NCBI RefSeq assembly: GCF_009914755.1
Contig: NC_060927.1
Source of the DNA: the human T2T-CHM13v2.0 reference genome, Homo sapiens
Reading direction: 5' to 3' (one strand)
Length of the DNA stretch: 64,000 nt
Positions 30,251 to 48,177 of the stretch are shown in pieces. Position numbers and translations under genes: made by a program. The stretch's first letter is position 1. Every line of letters begins with the position of its first letter. The notes under the pieces are model-generated. The model saw only the letters and a program-made list of their open reading frames with translations, did no database searches and was not told the origin of the DNA.

Positions 30251-30814
30251 TAGGTTACTTATTTTCTTTATAAGCAGAGTATATTCAAGATGAACTATTT
30301 TATGATGAGATTTTTACTCACATTCACTTGCATTCTCATGAACTCTCTTGAAAGGAAAAAAATGAATGAAGTTAGAGTGAACATTTTAGAGACTTCTTGG
30401 GAGTGTGTCTATGGAGATCATCACTAGTGAAGGTTTCTGCAGAAAAAAAGCTGATTGCTGCTCTTACGGGTCATTTGTTCACAGTGAAAGTAGCTTTTTA
30501 ACTTGAAATGTCCTATTGTGTAGAAAACAATGGGAAATGGGATAAATTTCATATGGAGAAAATAAACGCTTACCTTTTCATTTTGATTTATTTTAGTTTC
30601 CAAAAACAGACTCGAACCATTACCATTTGACTTCAGATAAAGAATAAAACTTCAATAAAAGAAAAACCTTAAATTTGTATATATTTCTTAGGTGAAAATC
30701 AGCAAAATTCCAGAAGGATGAAGTTTATTTTTACATGTGTTTTAAGCATGCTGCTAAAAGATAAATGGCAATGTTATTTGTAGTTTTAAATTTCTTTTTT
30801 GCAAATACAGTTTA

Positions 30815-31120
<306 letters not shown>

Positions 31121-32951
31121 TATTTGGGAGCAAAAGACAAATAAAGTGGCCTTTCAATTTTGTGCTAATGGAGGTATATGTCCATATACCCACAAGTACT
31201 TTTGCAATATACAGCATCTGAATTTGATTTCTGGAAAATGAAATATTGTGAGAGGGGGTTATAACAGTATAGTGAAATTACTTGTTGCTTTCTTTTGTGT
31301 GAAATGAAATGTAATTTCAGGCTAATTTAGGGAGTTGAGAGAATTATCTTGAGCTGTTTTACTAAAGTCTTTATTAGCTTCTCTTTCTCTCATTGTTTCT
31401 CAGATACTCAGATAGATTCAGTAAGTGCCCAAGGGTACAGCATACCACTTTGACTCCATCGGGAGTTCCCTGGCAGATACATATCAAATCTGAAAAACAC
31501 AAACCAATTCTAACTACTAATAGTAGTTTTTCAGAAAAGCAGTGCATATTATTTAATTACGGATGATTTATTCATAAGCATTAGGAATATGAAATAAAGT
31601 TAATGTATGAAGATTGGTTTCTTACTCTGTGCTGTTATATGCAATAAGATATAAGGTTAACTGGCTTATCCTCAGTGACTTGACCTTTCTCTTTGTTTTC
31701 ATTATCTTAACGATTTGATTTCATTAAAGAAGCATTAAACAAGGCATTTTATGGTGAATAGCTCAGGCCTTGCACTTTAGAATTCATCTCTTTGGCTATT
31801 AGTTGCAAATAGATTGAACTGTACATCAGTAACTCCTACAGCACTTAAAACTTTTCATTCAAAATTCTTAAGTCCTTGCTTCACATCAGAGTTACTTGTG
31901 CATTAGAAATTATGGGATTTTATCTGTAATTTTTTTTGTAGTGGCAAAGGGATTTAGGAAAATCTGGTTTATTATCTAGATCTTGTATTAATCACTAAAA
32001 GCAAGAAAATGCATAACAGATGATCTTTGTCCCTTCATGTTATGGAAGAAATGATATATTAGAAGAGCAGATGGTACTACAATCTGTTTTTGTCTTAAAA
32101 TGATTTTCTACTCAAGACTTATTTGAGCCTAGCTCCTGAACAAATTTATTTAATCCCAGACAAAACCTATTCTAAAGTTTATAATACAGTCCCTGCTTCA
32201 ATTTATTATATTTTTTCCTCCAAATATTTCCATTTTTTTGTTTTAAATATTAATCGAGTAAGTCTGGTTGGAATCTAGGACTAAAATCTGTAACTCTTAA
32301 TATTCTATTGATAACTTTTGTTCTGTTATCCCCAAGTTTGCATTAATATACACATAGATTCAGGGGCCAACCCATTTGTAAATTGGCAGCTAATAGCAAG
32401 ACAAAAAAGTTGATTCAGGACTTATAAAGTAATAATTTTAATTTAAAAAAACACTAAAGTATTTCTGAAACCAACCTAAATTTTTAAATTGAATTAATGT
32501 CTTCTGCATTTTCAAATTTTATTATCTTTACACCTATTTTTAAAGTTAATTTTAAATTAGCCTTAAAAATTATTTAACATCACCATTTTTCAAGTACCAA
32601 AATATAACTTCATCATCTTTTTATAGTTTTTTTGGCATTTGGCATATCTTCACTGACAGTTTATAAATAAACTCTTAAAAATATTATTTTCTGTGAAATA
32701 GAGAAATAGTTATAGGAAATTCATTTATCTATGATGCTATTCATCATTATAGTTAAGCTATGACTTGGCATTCCGTTTTATTTAATTTGGGGAAGACCTC
32801 TTTTCACATGGATTTGGTATCAATAATTGTGTTTTCCCACAATTTTTAATTATTTGCACTGACTTATAATTATGATAGAGTTCATATACTGTATTTAGGT
32901 ATCAAGTTATTCCAGCTTTATAAAAAAGTAGTTAGATATAAGTGATGTAGT

Positions 32952-33627
32952 ATTTTAATGGGCTGAATTATGTCCATCCAAAATTCATATGTTCATGTCC
33001 TCAGTACTTCAGAATGTGACTGTATTTGGAGACAGAATTTTTATAGAGGTAATTAAATTAAAATGAGGTCATTAGGGTGAGTCATAATCCAATTTTACTG
33101 ATATCCTTAGAAGAAAAAGAAATTAGGACAGGCACATAGAGAAGTAAGACCATGTGAAGACATAGGGAGAAGATAGCCATTATAAGCCAAGGAGAGAAGC
33201 CTTGGGAGAAACCAACCCTACCTACACCTTGATCTCAGACTTCTAGCCTCCAGAATTGTGAGAAATAACTGAAAAATTTTTAAATTTATTTTTTTAAGAC
33301 AGGCTTTTGTTCTGTCACCCAGGCCTGGGGTGCAGTGGTTGATGACAGCTCACTGCAGCCTCGACCTCCCAGGCTCAAGGGATCCTCCCACGTAAGCCTC
33401 CTGAGTAGCTGGGCAGGTGCACGCCACCACACCAGGGTAATTTTTTTTTTTTTTTTTTTTTTTGGTAGAGATGGGGGTCTCACCATGTTGCCCAGGCTGG
33501 TTTCGAACTCCCCTCTCAAAGTGCTGGGATTATAGGCATGAGCCACTGTGCCCAGCCAGAAAATAAATATCTGTTGTCTAAGGCACCACGTCTGTGATAC
33601 TTTCTTATGGCACTTCTAGCAAACACA
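32952..33627 (+). mobile_element. MLT1B-like MaLR solo LTR split by an AluJ (minus, ~33285-33557)
   Basis: gggctgaattatgtcc..aaaattcatatgtt..cagaatgtgactgtatttggaga..cttgatctcagacttctagcctccagaattgtgag. Confidence 0.85.
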
Positions 33628-33884
33628 GGCATATTTAGGATCAGGAAAAAAAAAAATGTCTATTAGAATTTGAATTTCAAAGTTTAAATAATGTAATTTC
33701 ATTGTTTGTTACTTTAACTACATAATGATCCAATGTGAGATTAAAGGAATTCCTAACTCAGATTTATGTGAGAAGCATTGAGGGAGAATTTGAACTTAAT
33801 GAAAATTTATCACTTAGTCCAGTCAAAACACAGACATACATTGGAAGCTGAGGCACATATAATAGTGATAAAATCATTAACACT

Positions 33885-34090
33885 TATCATTAACACTTAC
33901 ATAGTGTTTGTTATGTTCCAGGCACTGTTCTGAATATTTTTTACTTATCAAGTCATTTAACCATTACAACTCTATGAAGTGTAATCTAATTACTATAATC
34001 ATGTCTGTTTTACAGATGAGAAAACTGAAGCCAAAGAGGTTAAATAACTTGCCCAAGGCCATACTCACAGTGAGGAGTAGAACCATATAT
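33885..34090 (-). mobile_element. MIR
   Basis: ttttacagatgagaaaactgaag..aacttgcccaaggcca. Confidence 0.8.
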
Positions 34091-34125
34091 GAACCTAATC
34101 TTAACTTTCTGCTGGCCTTTTCTTT

Positions 34126-34436
34126 TCTTTTCTTTCTTTCTTTTTTTTTTTTTTTTGAGATGGAGTCTACCTCTGTCGCCCAGGCTGGAGTGCAGTGGTG
34201 CCATCTCGGCTCACTGCAACCTCCACCTCCCGGGTTAAAGTGATTCTCCTGCCTCAGCCTTCCAAGTAGCTGGGATTACAGGTGCCTGCCACCACGCCTA
34301 GCTAATTTTTGTATTTTTAGTTGAGACGGGGGTTCACTGTGTTGGCCAGGATTGTGTCAACTCCTGACCTTATGATCTGCCTGCCTTGGCCTCCCAAAGT
34401 GCTGGGATTACAAGCGTGAGCTACCATGCCCGGCCA
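34126..34436 (-). mobile_element. AluS
   Basis: TSD ggccttttcttt. Confidence 0.92.
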
Positions 34437-34683
34437 GGCCTTTTCTTTTATTACACTCTGGGAGCTACAGTAAATGTCATGACAGAAGACAAGGGAACTA
34501 CAAAGGGCACATAACATGTGTATGTCTGCATCTGTTAGGCAAGACTCAGCCAAGTCTCTAAGGAATGGTGTGGTCCAGAGAAGACCACAGACTTAATCCT
34601 TCCTAGTCCTACCATAGTTGATTGAGTTATCTGCCTTAACTGCCTACTTTAAAATGAGCATGAGTATTGAGAGCTTCTCCGCG

Positions 34684-35823
<1,140 letters not shown>

Positions 35824-35984
35824 TGTAAGTTATTTTTAATCACTGTCATATAAATAAATAAAATTTACAATTCCCAGGTGAGCAACTCTTAAATTCCCAA
35901 GCCAGTGCTACAAGAGCACTGTGACCTAAGTTGGCCATCTGTAGAAAAAACAAAGCAAAACAAAAAACACTTGGTTAATCCCTC

Positions 35985-36385
35985 TGTGTGGCATTCTGGA
36001 AAGGGAAAAACTGTGGAGACAGTAAAAGGATTCGTGGTTGCCAGGAGTTAAGGAGGAGGGAGGGATGAATAGGAGCACAGAGGAGTTTTGAGACAGTGGA
36101 ACTCCTCTGTGTGATACTATAATGGTAAATACATGTCATTATACATGTGTCCAGACCCATAGAATGCACACCAAGAGTGAACTCTAACGTAACTATGTGC
36201 TTTGGATGATAAGGATGAGTCAGTGTAGGCTCATCAATTGTAGCAAATGTACCTGTTTGGTGTGGGATGCTGATAATCAGAGAGGCTATGCATGTATTGC
36301 AGCTAAGCGTATACGGAAAATCTCTGTACTTTTTGCTCATTTTGTTGTGAACTTAAAATTGCTCTAAAACATTAAGTCCATATGG
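35985..36385 (+). mobile_element. L1MC-type 3' end
   Basis: cattctggaaagggaaaaactgtggagacagtaaaagga..gtggttgccagg..tgatactataatgg..aaatctctgtactt. Confidence 0.8.
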
Positions 36386-36399
36386 AATAAACAAAACAC

Positions 36400-37500
36400 A
36401 TTTGATTCATTGTTTTCTGATTGATCGATTCATTCAGTAATTCTGCAGACATTTATTGACTGCCTACTGTGTACCAAGCATTGTATTAAAGTTTAGGGAT
36501 GCCTCAGTAAACGAAACAGGTCAAGCTCCTGTGTTCATGGAGATTATGGGGAAGTCAGATAATAAGTAGCTACATGTAAAATATCAGGTAGCGAAAAGCG
36601 CTAAGAGGAAAATTAAACATCTTAAAGGGACGGAGTGCTGTGGGTGATGAGGGGCAGAGCTCTTTAGGCTTTTAGGAAATGCCTCTCTGAGAGGTTACCT
36701 TTAATAGACACTTGAGAAAAGTGTAATGGGCTGAGCCATATAAAGATCTTGGGTTAGAGCAACTAAGGCATAAGATCAGCAACAGAAAAGGCCCTGAGGC
36801 TTGGGATCTTTGAGGAAAATCAAGGGGCTTGTGAGCCTAGGGCTCAGTGAGTGATGGGAGAGTATTAAGAGAGGCAGTCGGAGAGTGAGCCAGGTGCCAG
36901 AGCACACAGAGGCTGGCAGGGGTGCAAACACAGGTTTTATTTTGCTTGTGATAGAAAGAGAGTTGTAAGGTAGGAAGAGAAATGATCTGATCTAATTTAG
37001 TCAATGGGGACAAGAGTGAAAGCAGGGTGGCTGTTAGGAAGCTGTGTATAGGAATCTGTTTGAGATCCTGATGTCTTGGAATAAATTAGTGCATTGAAAT
37101 TGATAGGAAGTGAGTTGAGCCCAAGATCTATTTTTAAGGTATAGGCAAAGAGATTTTCTGGTGAAGTGCACAGGGATTGAGATTGAGAATCATGGATGTT
37201 ACCAAGGGTTGGTTCAGATAGGTGAATGGTGGTATCATTTATTAAGATGAGGTACACTGGGGAAGGATCAAGTATGGGGATAAGAATTGAGAGTTTAGTT
37301 CTGGTTAAGGTGGAGCTGCTTATTAGTATTCGAGTGAAGATGTTTAGTAGGCTGTTGGATATTTGGAGTTCAGGAGACAGGTCAGACCTGAGATGAATAT
37401 TTGGGAGCCATACTTGCATGGATCACCCAAGTAGTCAGTGTGTGGGGAGCGCTCAGGCCTGAGCTCTGGCTTTCTCCAACGTTTAGAGGGTCCAGTAAAG
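36400..37500 (-). mobile_element. L2 fragment
   Basis: cattcattca..atttattgactgcctactgtgtacca tail; ggagttcaggagacaggtcagacctgagatgaatatttgggagcca. Confidence 0.75.
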
Positions 37501-37904
37501 GGGACAGAGATGGAGGCACTAGTATGACTAAACTACTAAAAACAATGAAAATTGTAAATGTAATATCAGAATCATTAAAATTATTAAAACAAGAGACTGG
37601 GACATTCTAGATATTGCGGTACCCATAAATTAATTTATACCTGAAAAGATGCCCCCAAATCCTCATTCTCTTCTCTGCTATATTCAAGGGTATAATTGAG
37701 CTACCATCTTTTTCTCAGTCACCAGAGAGACTATGATTTTGAGGTTTAACCATGGATGAAAGAAATGCCAACATGTAAAGAACTTGTGAAGATATGAATA
37801 TGCCAAATAAGTGAATTTTTGGATATGTGAAAATGCCAAGTTGCAAATAAACAAATATGTAAAAATGAAATATTTGTTGATTTATCGTGAGTGGCTTTTT
37901 CATA

Positions 37905-38085
37905 ATTCTAAAGCTTTTGTTAACACTTGCATATCAGTATCACCTGGGAAGCTTTAGAAACATACCAATGCCTGGGATCTACCCCAGACCAATTACATCA
38001 GAATTTCTGAAGCATCAACTTTTTTACTTTTTTTACAACACTCCTCAGGAGATTCTGATATGCATCCAGGGTTGAAAACCACTTG
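37905..38085. mobile_element. MER5-type MITE
   Basis: catatcagtatcacctggg..ccccagaccaattacatcagaat..gggttgaaaaccact. Confidence 0.7.
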
Positions 38086-38509
38086 CCTCTATGTTCATAT
38101 CACTTTATGTAGCTGTAATTATTATAATAAATACAATATTGGTTTGATTCTTTTCATATGGTATTTCCTTTTTGCATAATCATTACAATTTGAGACTTGA
38201 TAAATTGAATAATATTGACATAGTATCATATACAGTTCTTAGTCATTGTCCAATAGTTAAGACAAAGGTTGCATTTAATTTTGGAGGACATGTATAACAC
38301 TGCAATTAATTTTTTCACCAGTCATATTGTATCCTTCAGCAAAATAGTAGGACATGATATGCAGTTCATTATATTCATATTACTTTCTAAGCCTTTAAAA
38401 TGATTTACAATCCCCTGGAGTATTTGGGGAAACAGATTCATCACAATCTTACCCAAGTTGAGTGTTAGGTATTTTCTTTTTTAATTGCTAGAGTAGTGGA
38501 TTGTATTAA

Positions 38510-38925
38510 TAAGAGCACTTTTTCTTGCAAACAGTAGAAACCAACTTGAAGCCTCTTAAAAGAAAAATGAGAATTGCTTTCTTATGTGACTAAAAAGTCC
38601 AGAGGTTATCAGAATTTTGGCAGCGATGGATCCAGGGAGTGAAATAATGGTGCAAGATTCAATTTCTCTTTTTCTAGTGGTCAGCCTTGCATTATTCTTC
38701 ATGGCCTTTATTCTTGGGCAGGACCTGCCAGTTTAGACTCTTTTAATACTCTAGCATAAGCCTGGGATTCATTCTGATCGGCTCAGCCTGAGCTAATCAC
38801 TTTGGCTACATGCCTCTCTTGGACTCAGGTTTGAAATCTCCATATCAGAAGAACATGGATTCAGAACTGGAGGAGAATGATGCTCTAGAGAGATGCTAGG
38901 CAAGCAAAAACCATGTCTACAACAT
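38510..38925. mobile_element. Old MaLR (MLT1-type) LTR remnant
   Basis: Weak recalled similarity (ttgcaaacagtagaaacc..tgtgactaaaaagtccagagg..tggatccaggg). Confidence 0.4.
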
Positions 38926-39045
38926 AGATTTGAGATTATGTGTAACTTTTAGCATGCATTTATGTTAATGTTCTAACATTATTATAGTACAATATGTAGG
39001 ATGTTTACATAGCAACATATACCACATTATTTAATTAAGTAATCA

Positions 39046-39339
39046 TTTTATTTATTTACTGAGGCAGGGTCTCTCTTCATCACCCAGGTTGGAGTGCAGT
39101 GGGGCGATCTCGTCTCACTGCACCCTCCGCCTCCCGTGTTCAAGCGATTCTCGGCCTCAGCCTCACGAGTAGCTGGGATTACCGGGGAGCACCACTGTGC
39201 CTGGCTAATTTTTGTATTTTTGGTAGAGACAGATTTCACCATACTGGCGAGGCTTGTCTGGAACTCCTGAGCTCAAGTGATCTGCCCGCCTTGGCCTCCC
39301 AAAGTGCTGGATTACAGGCATGACCCACTGTGACTGGCC
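39046..39339 (-). mobile_element. Alu (old S/J)
   Basis: Full dimer. Confidence 0.9.
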
Positions 39340-40268
39340 TATTTTAAAAATTATATTTATTTAAATAAAGAATCCTATAAAATATTTATAAAAGAAAAAT
39401 AAGTGATTTTCAGAATAACAACTTTGCTTGTTAAGAATTCTACATATATAAACTTTTTCTTGACATCTGTAGGTCAAGATTTGGCTCAAATGCTTATGAA
39501 ATTAGCATTCATAAGCATAGGACATAGTGAAGAAAAACAAACATAAAAAAGAAATTAGCATTGAAATTATGAAATTAGACATGTAGAATGTCCAGTTGCA
39601 CATATGGTATTCTATGTGATAGTTATTCTGAACATATTGTGCTCTCACAAATTATATCTCTTGAATTTTAGGTGTGGTAGAAGATTCAGCAGCTCCTGAG
39701 ATATTTCTTTTTAATCTGTTGGTGGTTTATTAAAAAGAGAAATCATAACTTTAACCAGTCCATCACCATAATTTTAAAGTTTGCAAAACACAGCAGCAAT
39801 CATATATAATTGAAGTTGTATTGGTAAAGAAGAATTATTAATCATTTATTCAAGGTGATGGAGCATAACACTCATGCCTAAAATTCTGAAGGGAAGATGA
39901 AAAAGCAATATAGCAATCTCTCTTAAAAGCCAGCTTATCATTTATACAGTACAAGGCACAGGAGTAAAAATAAAGTGCTTATGTTCATTTCTGAAGGCAC
40001 CACTGATACATTAGAACCCAAAATGTGATAAGGACAAGATTAGATCAAATTTTCTCTGCAGTAATACTGAAACATTTGGTTACATGAGAAAAAATATTTA
40101 TGCTGTTTCCTATTTGCTTCTTTTTGTTTTCATCTATTAAAATTAATGTGATCTGTAGTAGCAGCATGTCACATTCTTATGATACTTAAGGTACATTTTA
40201 ATGTGCTATATTAACAAGAATACAGACTAGGAAAATGATTTTTTTAAATTTTTTTTTTTTTTTCTTTT

Positions 40269-40586
40269 AGGGATGGGGTCTTGCTATATTGCCAGGCTGG
40301 AATGCAGTGGCTATTCACAGGAGCGATCCCACTATTGTTCAGCACGGGACTTTTGACCTGCTCCATTTCCGACCTGGGCCAGTTCACCCCTCTTTAGGCA
40401 ACCTAGTGGTCCCCTCCCAGGAGGTCACCATATTGATGTCGAACTTAGTGCGGACACCTGATTGGCATAGCGCACTACAGCCCAGAACTCCTGCACTATA
40501 GCCCAGAACTCCTGGGCTTGAGCAATCCTCCCACCTCAGCCTCCCAAGTAGCTGGGACTACAGGCCCACACCACTCTGCGCCTGGC
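40269..40586 (-). pseudogene. Processed 7SL (SRP RNA) pseudogene with poly(A) tail and an internal 21-bp duplication
   Basis: Retains the S-domain that Alus lack (gacctgctccatttccgacctgggccagttcacccct; ggaggtcaccatattgatg; aacttagtgcggacacc). T tract at ~40238-40268. Possibly the annotated RN7SL300P (recalled, unverified). Confidence 0.93.
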
Positions 40587-40914
40587 TGTTTTTCTTTAGT
40601 GTTGACAAATTGAGGTCATTTGGCAAGAGAAACAGTGGAAACATAGCAAGGTGGAGAACATTTGTAATTATGGCATGGTATAATATTTTAAGACATGAAT
40701 CTCTATTTACTTGTGTACACTAACGGCAACTAATAAAATGTCTCTGCTACAGATATACAACAAAATAATATATGTATGGATTGATATTCTTAAAAATTGA
40801 GGCTCATAGTAATTTGTCTTTTAACTTTAACTCATGAATTTTATTTGTAATTCATTAGATATAAAATTAGCTCAGAGACTAACTGTATAGAAGTAATATT
40901 GGTATTCATCTTCA

Positions 40915-41240
<326 letters not shown>

Positions 41241-41454
41241 AGTTTCTTCAGCTATTTGGTTGGATACAGACAAACTTTCTATTACATTTGAATTTCTGGA
41301 TCTTCAGGCCTGTCAAATCATTATGCCCTACCCCACATTCTATCCTTATGAATGTTCCAATAATAGACATATTTATAGATGATTTCTACATTTCTATGAT
41401 TCTAATCTGGATGCATTCTTGCAAGTTAACTTTTCCTTAATTTATTCGTAAAAT

Positions 41455-41600
41455 AAGAGCTAACACTTACTGTTTTTATATGCCAGTTATTCTTCTAAAC
41501 ACTTTACCTGGATGTTGGTACCATTTTACAAATGGAGAAACCGAGTCAAGGGAAGTTAAGTGTCATGCCTACAAACACATAGCTAGTAAATGAAGTTATT
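41455..41600 (-). mobile_element. MIR fragment
   Basis: ccattttacaaatggagaaaccgag..gttaagtg. Confidence 0.6.
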
Positions 41601-41842
41601 CTGGCTTGGATGTCCAATACTCTATGACCTCACATGGAGCCTTATCACCTTTAGGGGGGAACTTCTTTTCTTTGTAAGAGCTAAAGTGTCCATCTACATT
41701 TATAGAGCAGTGAAAGAGCTAAAGAGATAGTTGAAGCCTTTCTAGGACACCAATCAATGAGCTCTGAAGAAAATACCAGAAACCAGTTTTAAAATTCTGA
41801 TTAAAATTTTCATAAAGCATGAAATTAGAAATTCCTCAGACT

Positions 41843-42265
<423 letters not shown>

Positions 42266-42497
42266 CTAAAGAATCACATGTATGATATCACATTGAAGAT
42301 TGAAACTCTTTCTCACTTAAAAAAATTTTAATGAATATGAGGGTCAAAGTTCTCTTGAAGTTTTCTTTATTTTAACAGAGATTACTTTTAGAATTAAAAC
42401 TAAAAAGTCCACATAGCTAGAATGTTAGTATGCCAAAACAGTAATAATTTGGAAAAAATTGAGTTGGTTAAAAATCATAGCATTAACCATCTAATGT

Positions 42498-43845
<1,348 letters not shown>

Positions 43846-45227
43846 TAGAGTGACCAACTTGCTCAGCTTTGCCCAAGACCTCCAAGGGTTTGCAGATCTC
43901 ACTTTGAGACCTACTGATTTAACAGAATATTGTTTATACAGTGCAAATCACGAATATTTGATATTAATTGCTCTTGAGTAAACATTACCACAGTTCTTAC
44001 CTTTTTTTTGTCTTTCCGTTCATTGTTATAGAGGTCAATATCTCCATTTAAAACTATATTCACCTCTGGAAAAGGTACTTCAAATAACTTCAAATTATGA
44101 ATCAGAAATACCCTCTTGATGTGGAGAAGGGTCAGTTAAAAAAAATACTGTGAATATAATATAGTGAATGACAGTCAGGGAAACACTGTCTCCCTAGGGG
44201 TCATGGAAATATATGGGCTGGTGTTTTGTTTTATTTGAATTTGTTGTTGCAACTGGGGAGAGGAGTCACTGGCATTTAGTACCCCAGGGTTAGGGATGCT
44301 AAATGGCTTCCCAACCAAGAAATCCAACCCCATTAACAAAAACACCACTTTTGAGAAACACTATATGTTCTCTAGCTTTCTGTAGTAAAATGACAAGTGC
44401 TTTGTTCCTTCAGGAGGAATATGTACCAAGGAACAGTAAGTGCTATGTCAAAGGAGAAGAAGAAATGACAACATATTGCTGGAAGGTATGTGTGCGAATG
44501 GGAATGGGACTGAGTTATATGGCCCTGTTAATAGAATTACTAAGGATGGAGGGAGGAGAGATTGATGGCATGCGTGAGAGCACCACGTCTTCCTTATGAA
44601 TTACCTTCTCTATCTGGCACCCCCAGCCCTGGTTATGGTATCATTTCAACAAAGATGATTTTTAAGTTGTAATTTATAGTGTGATACATAATATATATAC
44701 ACATACGTTTATTGCGTATTCCAAAATACATTTCCCCTATATTTCCTTATTATTCAATAGGAGGCAACTTGACAAAGTTCTAAAACAAAAATAAAATTTC
44801 TGTTTTTTATATAATCTATATAGAATAAAACTGATAGATTTACTATTTTCAGAGTTTTTAGCTACTTAGTTCCTATTGTTTTAAAACAGGAAACTTAGAC
44901 TCCAAGGAGGGAATAGACTTAGTAAAAAAAAATCACTTGGTAGCTCAATGAAAGTAACTGCCAATACATGGAGATAACTGGACTTAGAAGGTCATGACTA
45001 GACCAGGTATTTAGAATTTATTTGCATTTTAAAAGTCTAATCCATTCTTTTTAATTATTGCAAACTCATATGGGTGAAGCTTGAGGTTTTGCTTTTCGGT
45101 TTCAATGTTTTATAAAAGCTTAGCTTTTTAGTTGTGGTAAGTATCAAAAGGAAATATTGATTAAAACAAAGTATCTTAATAATCCTTTGTGCAATTTTGT
45201 CACAAAACATTCTCAATTTCTCATATA

Positions 45228-45440
45228 CTTTTTTTTTTTTTTTTTTTTTAGGAGACCAGGTCTCATTCTGTTGCTCAGGCTGGAGTGCAGTGACACAGAG
45301 TTCACTGTAAGCTTGAACTCCTGAGCTCAAGCGATCCTCTTTCCTTAGTCTGCCGAGTAGCTGTGACTACAGGTGCATGCCACCATGCCTCAGCCTCTCA
45401 ACGCACTGGGATTAAAGGCGTGAGCACCTACGCCTGGCCA
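45228..45440 (-). mobile_element. AluJ with internal deletion
   Basis: Right arm joined to the 5' part of the left arm. Confidence 0.8.
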
Positions 45441-45749
45441 TGGACTTATTTATTTTTTTATTTGTCAGCTGGGAACTTTGATTCCTACTTATTTTCTGCT
45501 CTAATATTTTGGCTGTTTCAAGACTCCTAAGACATTATCTCTCAATGGTCAGAGAAAGACTAATACTATTTATTTATTTTCTATATCTTTGGTTGCCTTG
45601 ATAAAACAAATAATTGAGGAAAAATAGTTTTAAACAAGAAACTTTACCTAATGAATCATCAGTGAACTTATCTAGTATTTGGCACTTCAGATCATGTTTC
45701 TCCTACCCCTATTTTAGTAGTTAGGAGAAATCTGTAGATTGTTTCTCTT

Positions 45750-46260
<511 letters not shown>

Positions 46261-46510
46261 ATGATTTCTTCTTAGATCTTCTTTAAAAAAGGTAAACTAA
46301 AATCAAATGATTTTGGATATGTGCTTAGTTTAGATTACAATTAACTTTGATTTGCCTTAATTTTGATTCATGTTTCAGTTTCTTTTGAGGTCTTATTTTA
46401 AAATTTGGTATTTGCTTAAGTGGATTTGAAATTTGAATCTAGGTAATAATTACCCATGTTGTTCTGACAGGAAAAACCTATGAATAAAAAGTGCTTTTGA
46501 AAAGGAGGTG

Positions 46511-46802
46511 GGGCCAGGCATGGTGGCTCATGCTTGTAATCCCAACAGTTTGGGAGGTTGAGACAGAAAGAATACTTGAGCCCAGGAATTCTGTGCAGGG
46601 AGACTGTCTCTACCAAAAAGAAAAAGAAAAAGAAAAAAAAGCCAAGCATGGTGGTACACACCTGTGGTCCTAATCTACTCAGGAGGCTGAGGTGGGAGGA
46701 TCACTTGGGCCTAGTAGGTCTAGGCTGCAGTCAGCTGTGATCACGCTATTGCACTCCAGCCTGTCTTTAGACCCTGTGTAAAAACAAAACAAAAAAAAAA
46801 AC
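46511..46802 (+). mobile_element. AluJ
   Basis: TSD aggaggtggg. Confidence 0.88.
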
Positions 46803-46945
46803 AGGAGGTGGGCTTACGAGGTTAAGGAGGCCCCCAAACTGTCTAGGATTTAGCACAGCATCTGTCATCTATTGGGGCTCTTAGCTGATCAATGAATGTG
46901 TCCCATTTCTGCCTTTCACATCATGAGCATCTCTGGGTGTGCTAG

Positions 46946-47619
<674 letters not shown>

Positions 47620-47878
47620 ATTAACTTATTTTTATCTGTTACAAAAATTATAAACATGATAGAACCATTAGTAAACACAAATGAGAATAAACAACAATTT
47701 AAAAATAATCCATAGTCATTGTTCTCAGTATTACAAACACTTTAACATAGATACATCTTTTAAACAAAAATAAGATGAGATATTTAATGTCACATTTCTG
47801 CCTGGCTGCTTTTAGGATGAATATTGGAGAGCTGGCTACATTAAATCCATAGTTTGAAAACGAGGTTTGGGTAGTTTT

Positions 47879-48177
<299 letters not shown>

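Noticed and set aside
36997-37419. 140-aa minus-strand ORF
   Set aside because: Lies within a degraded L2 element; a chance or remnant frame.
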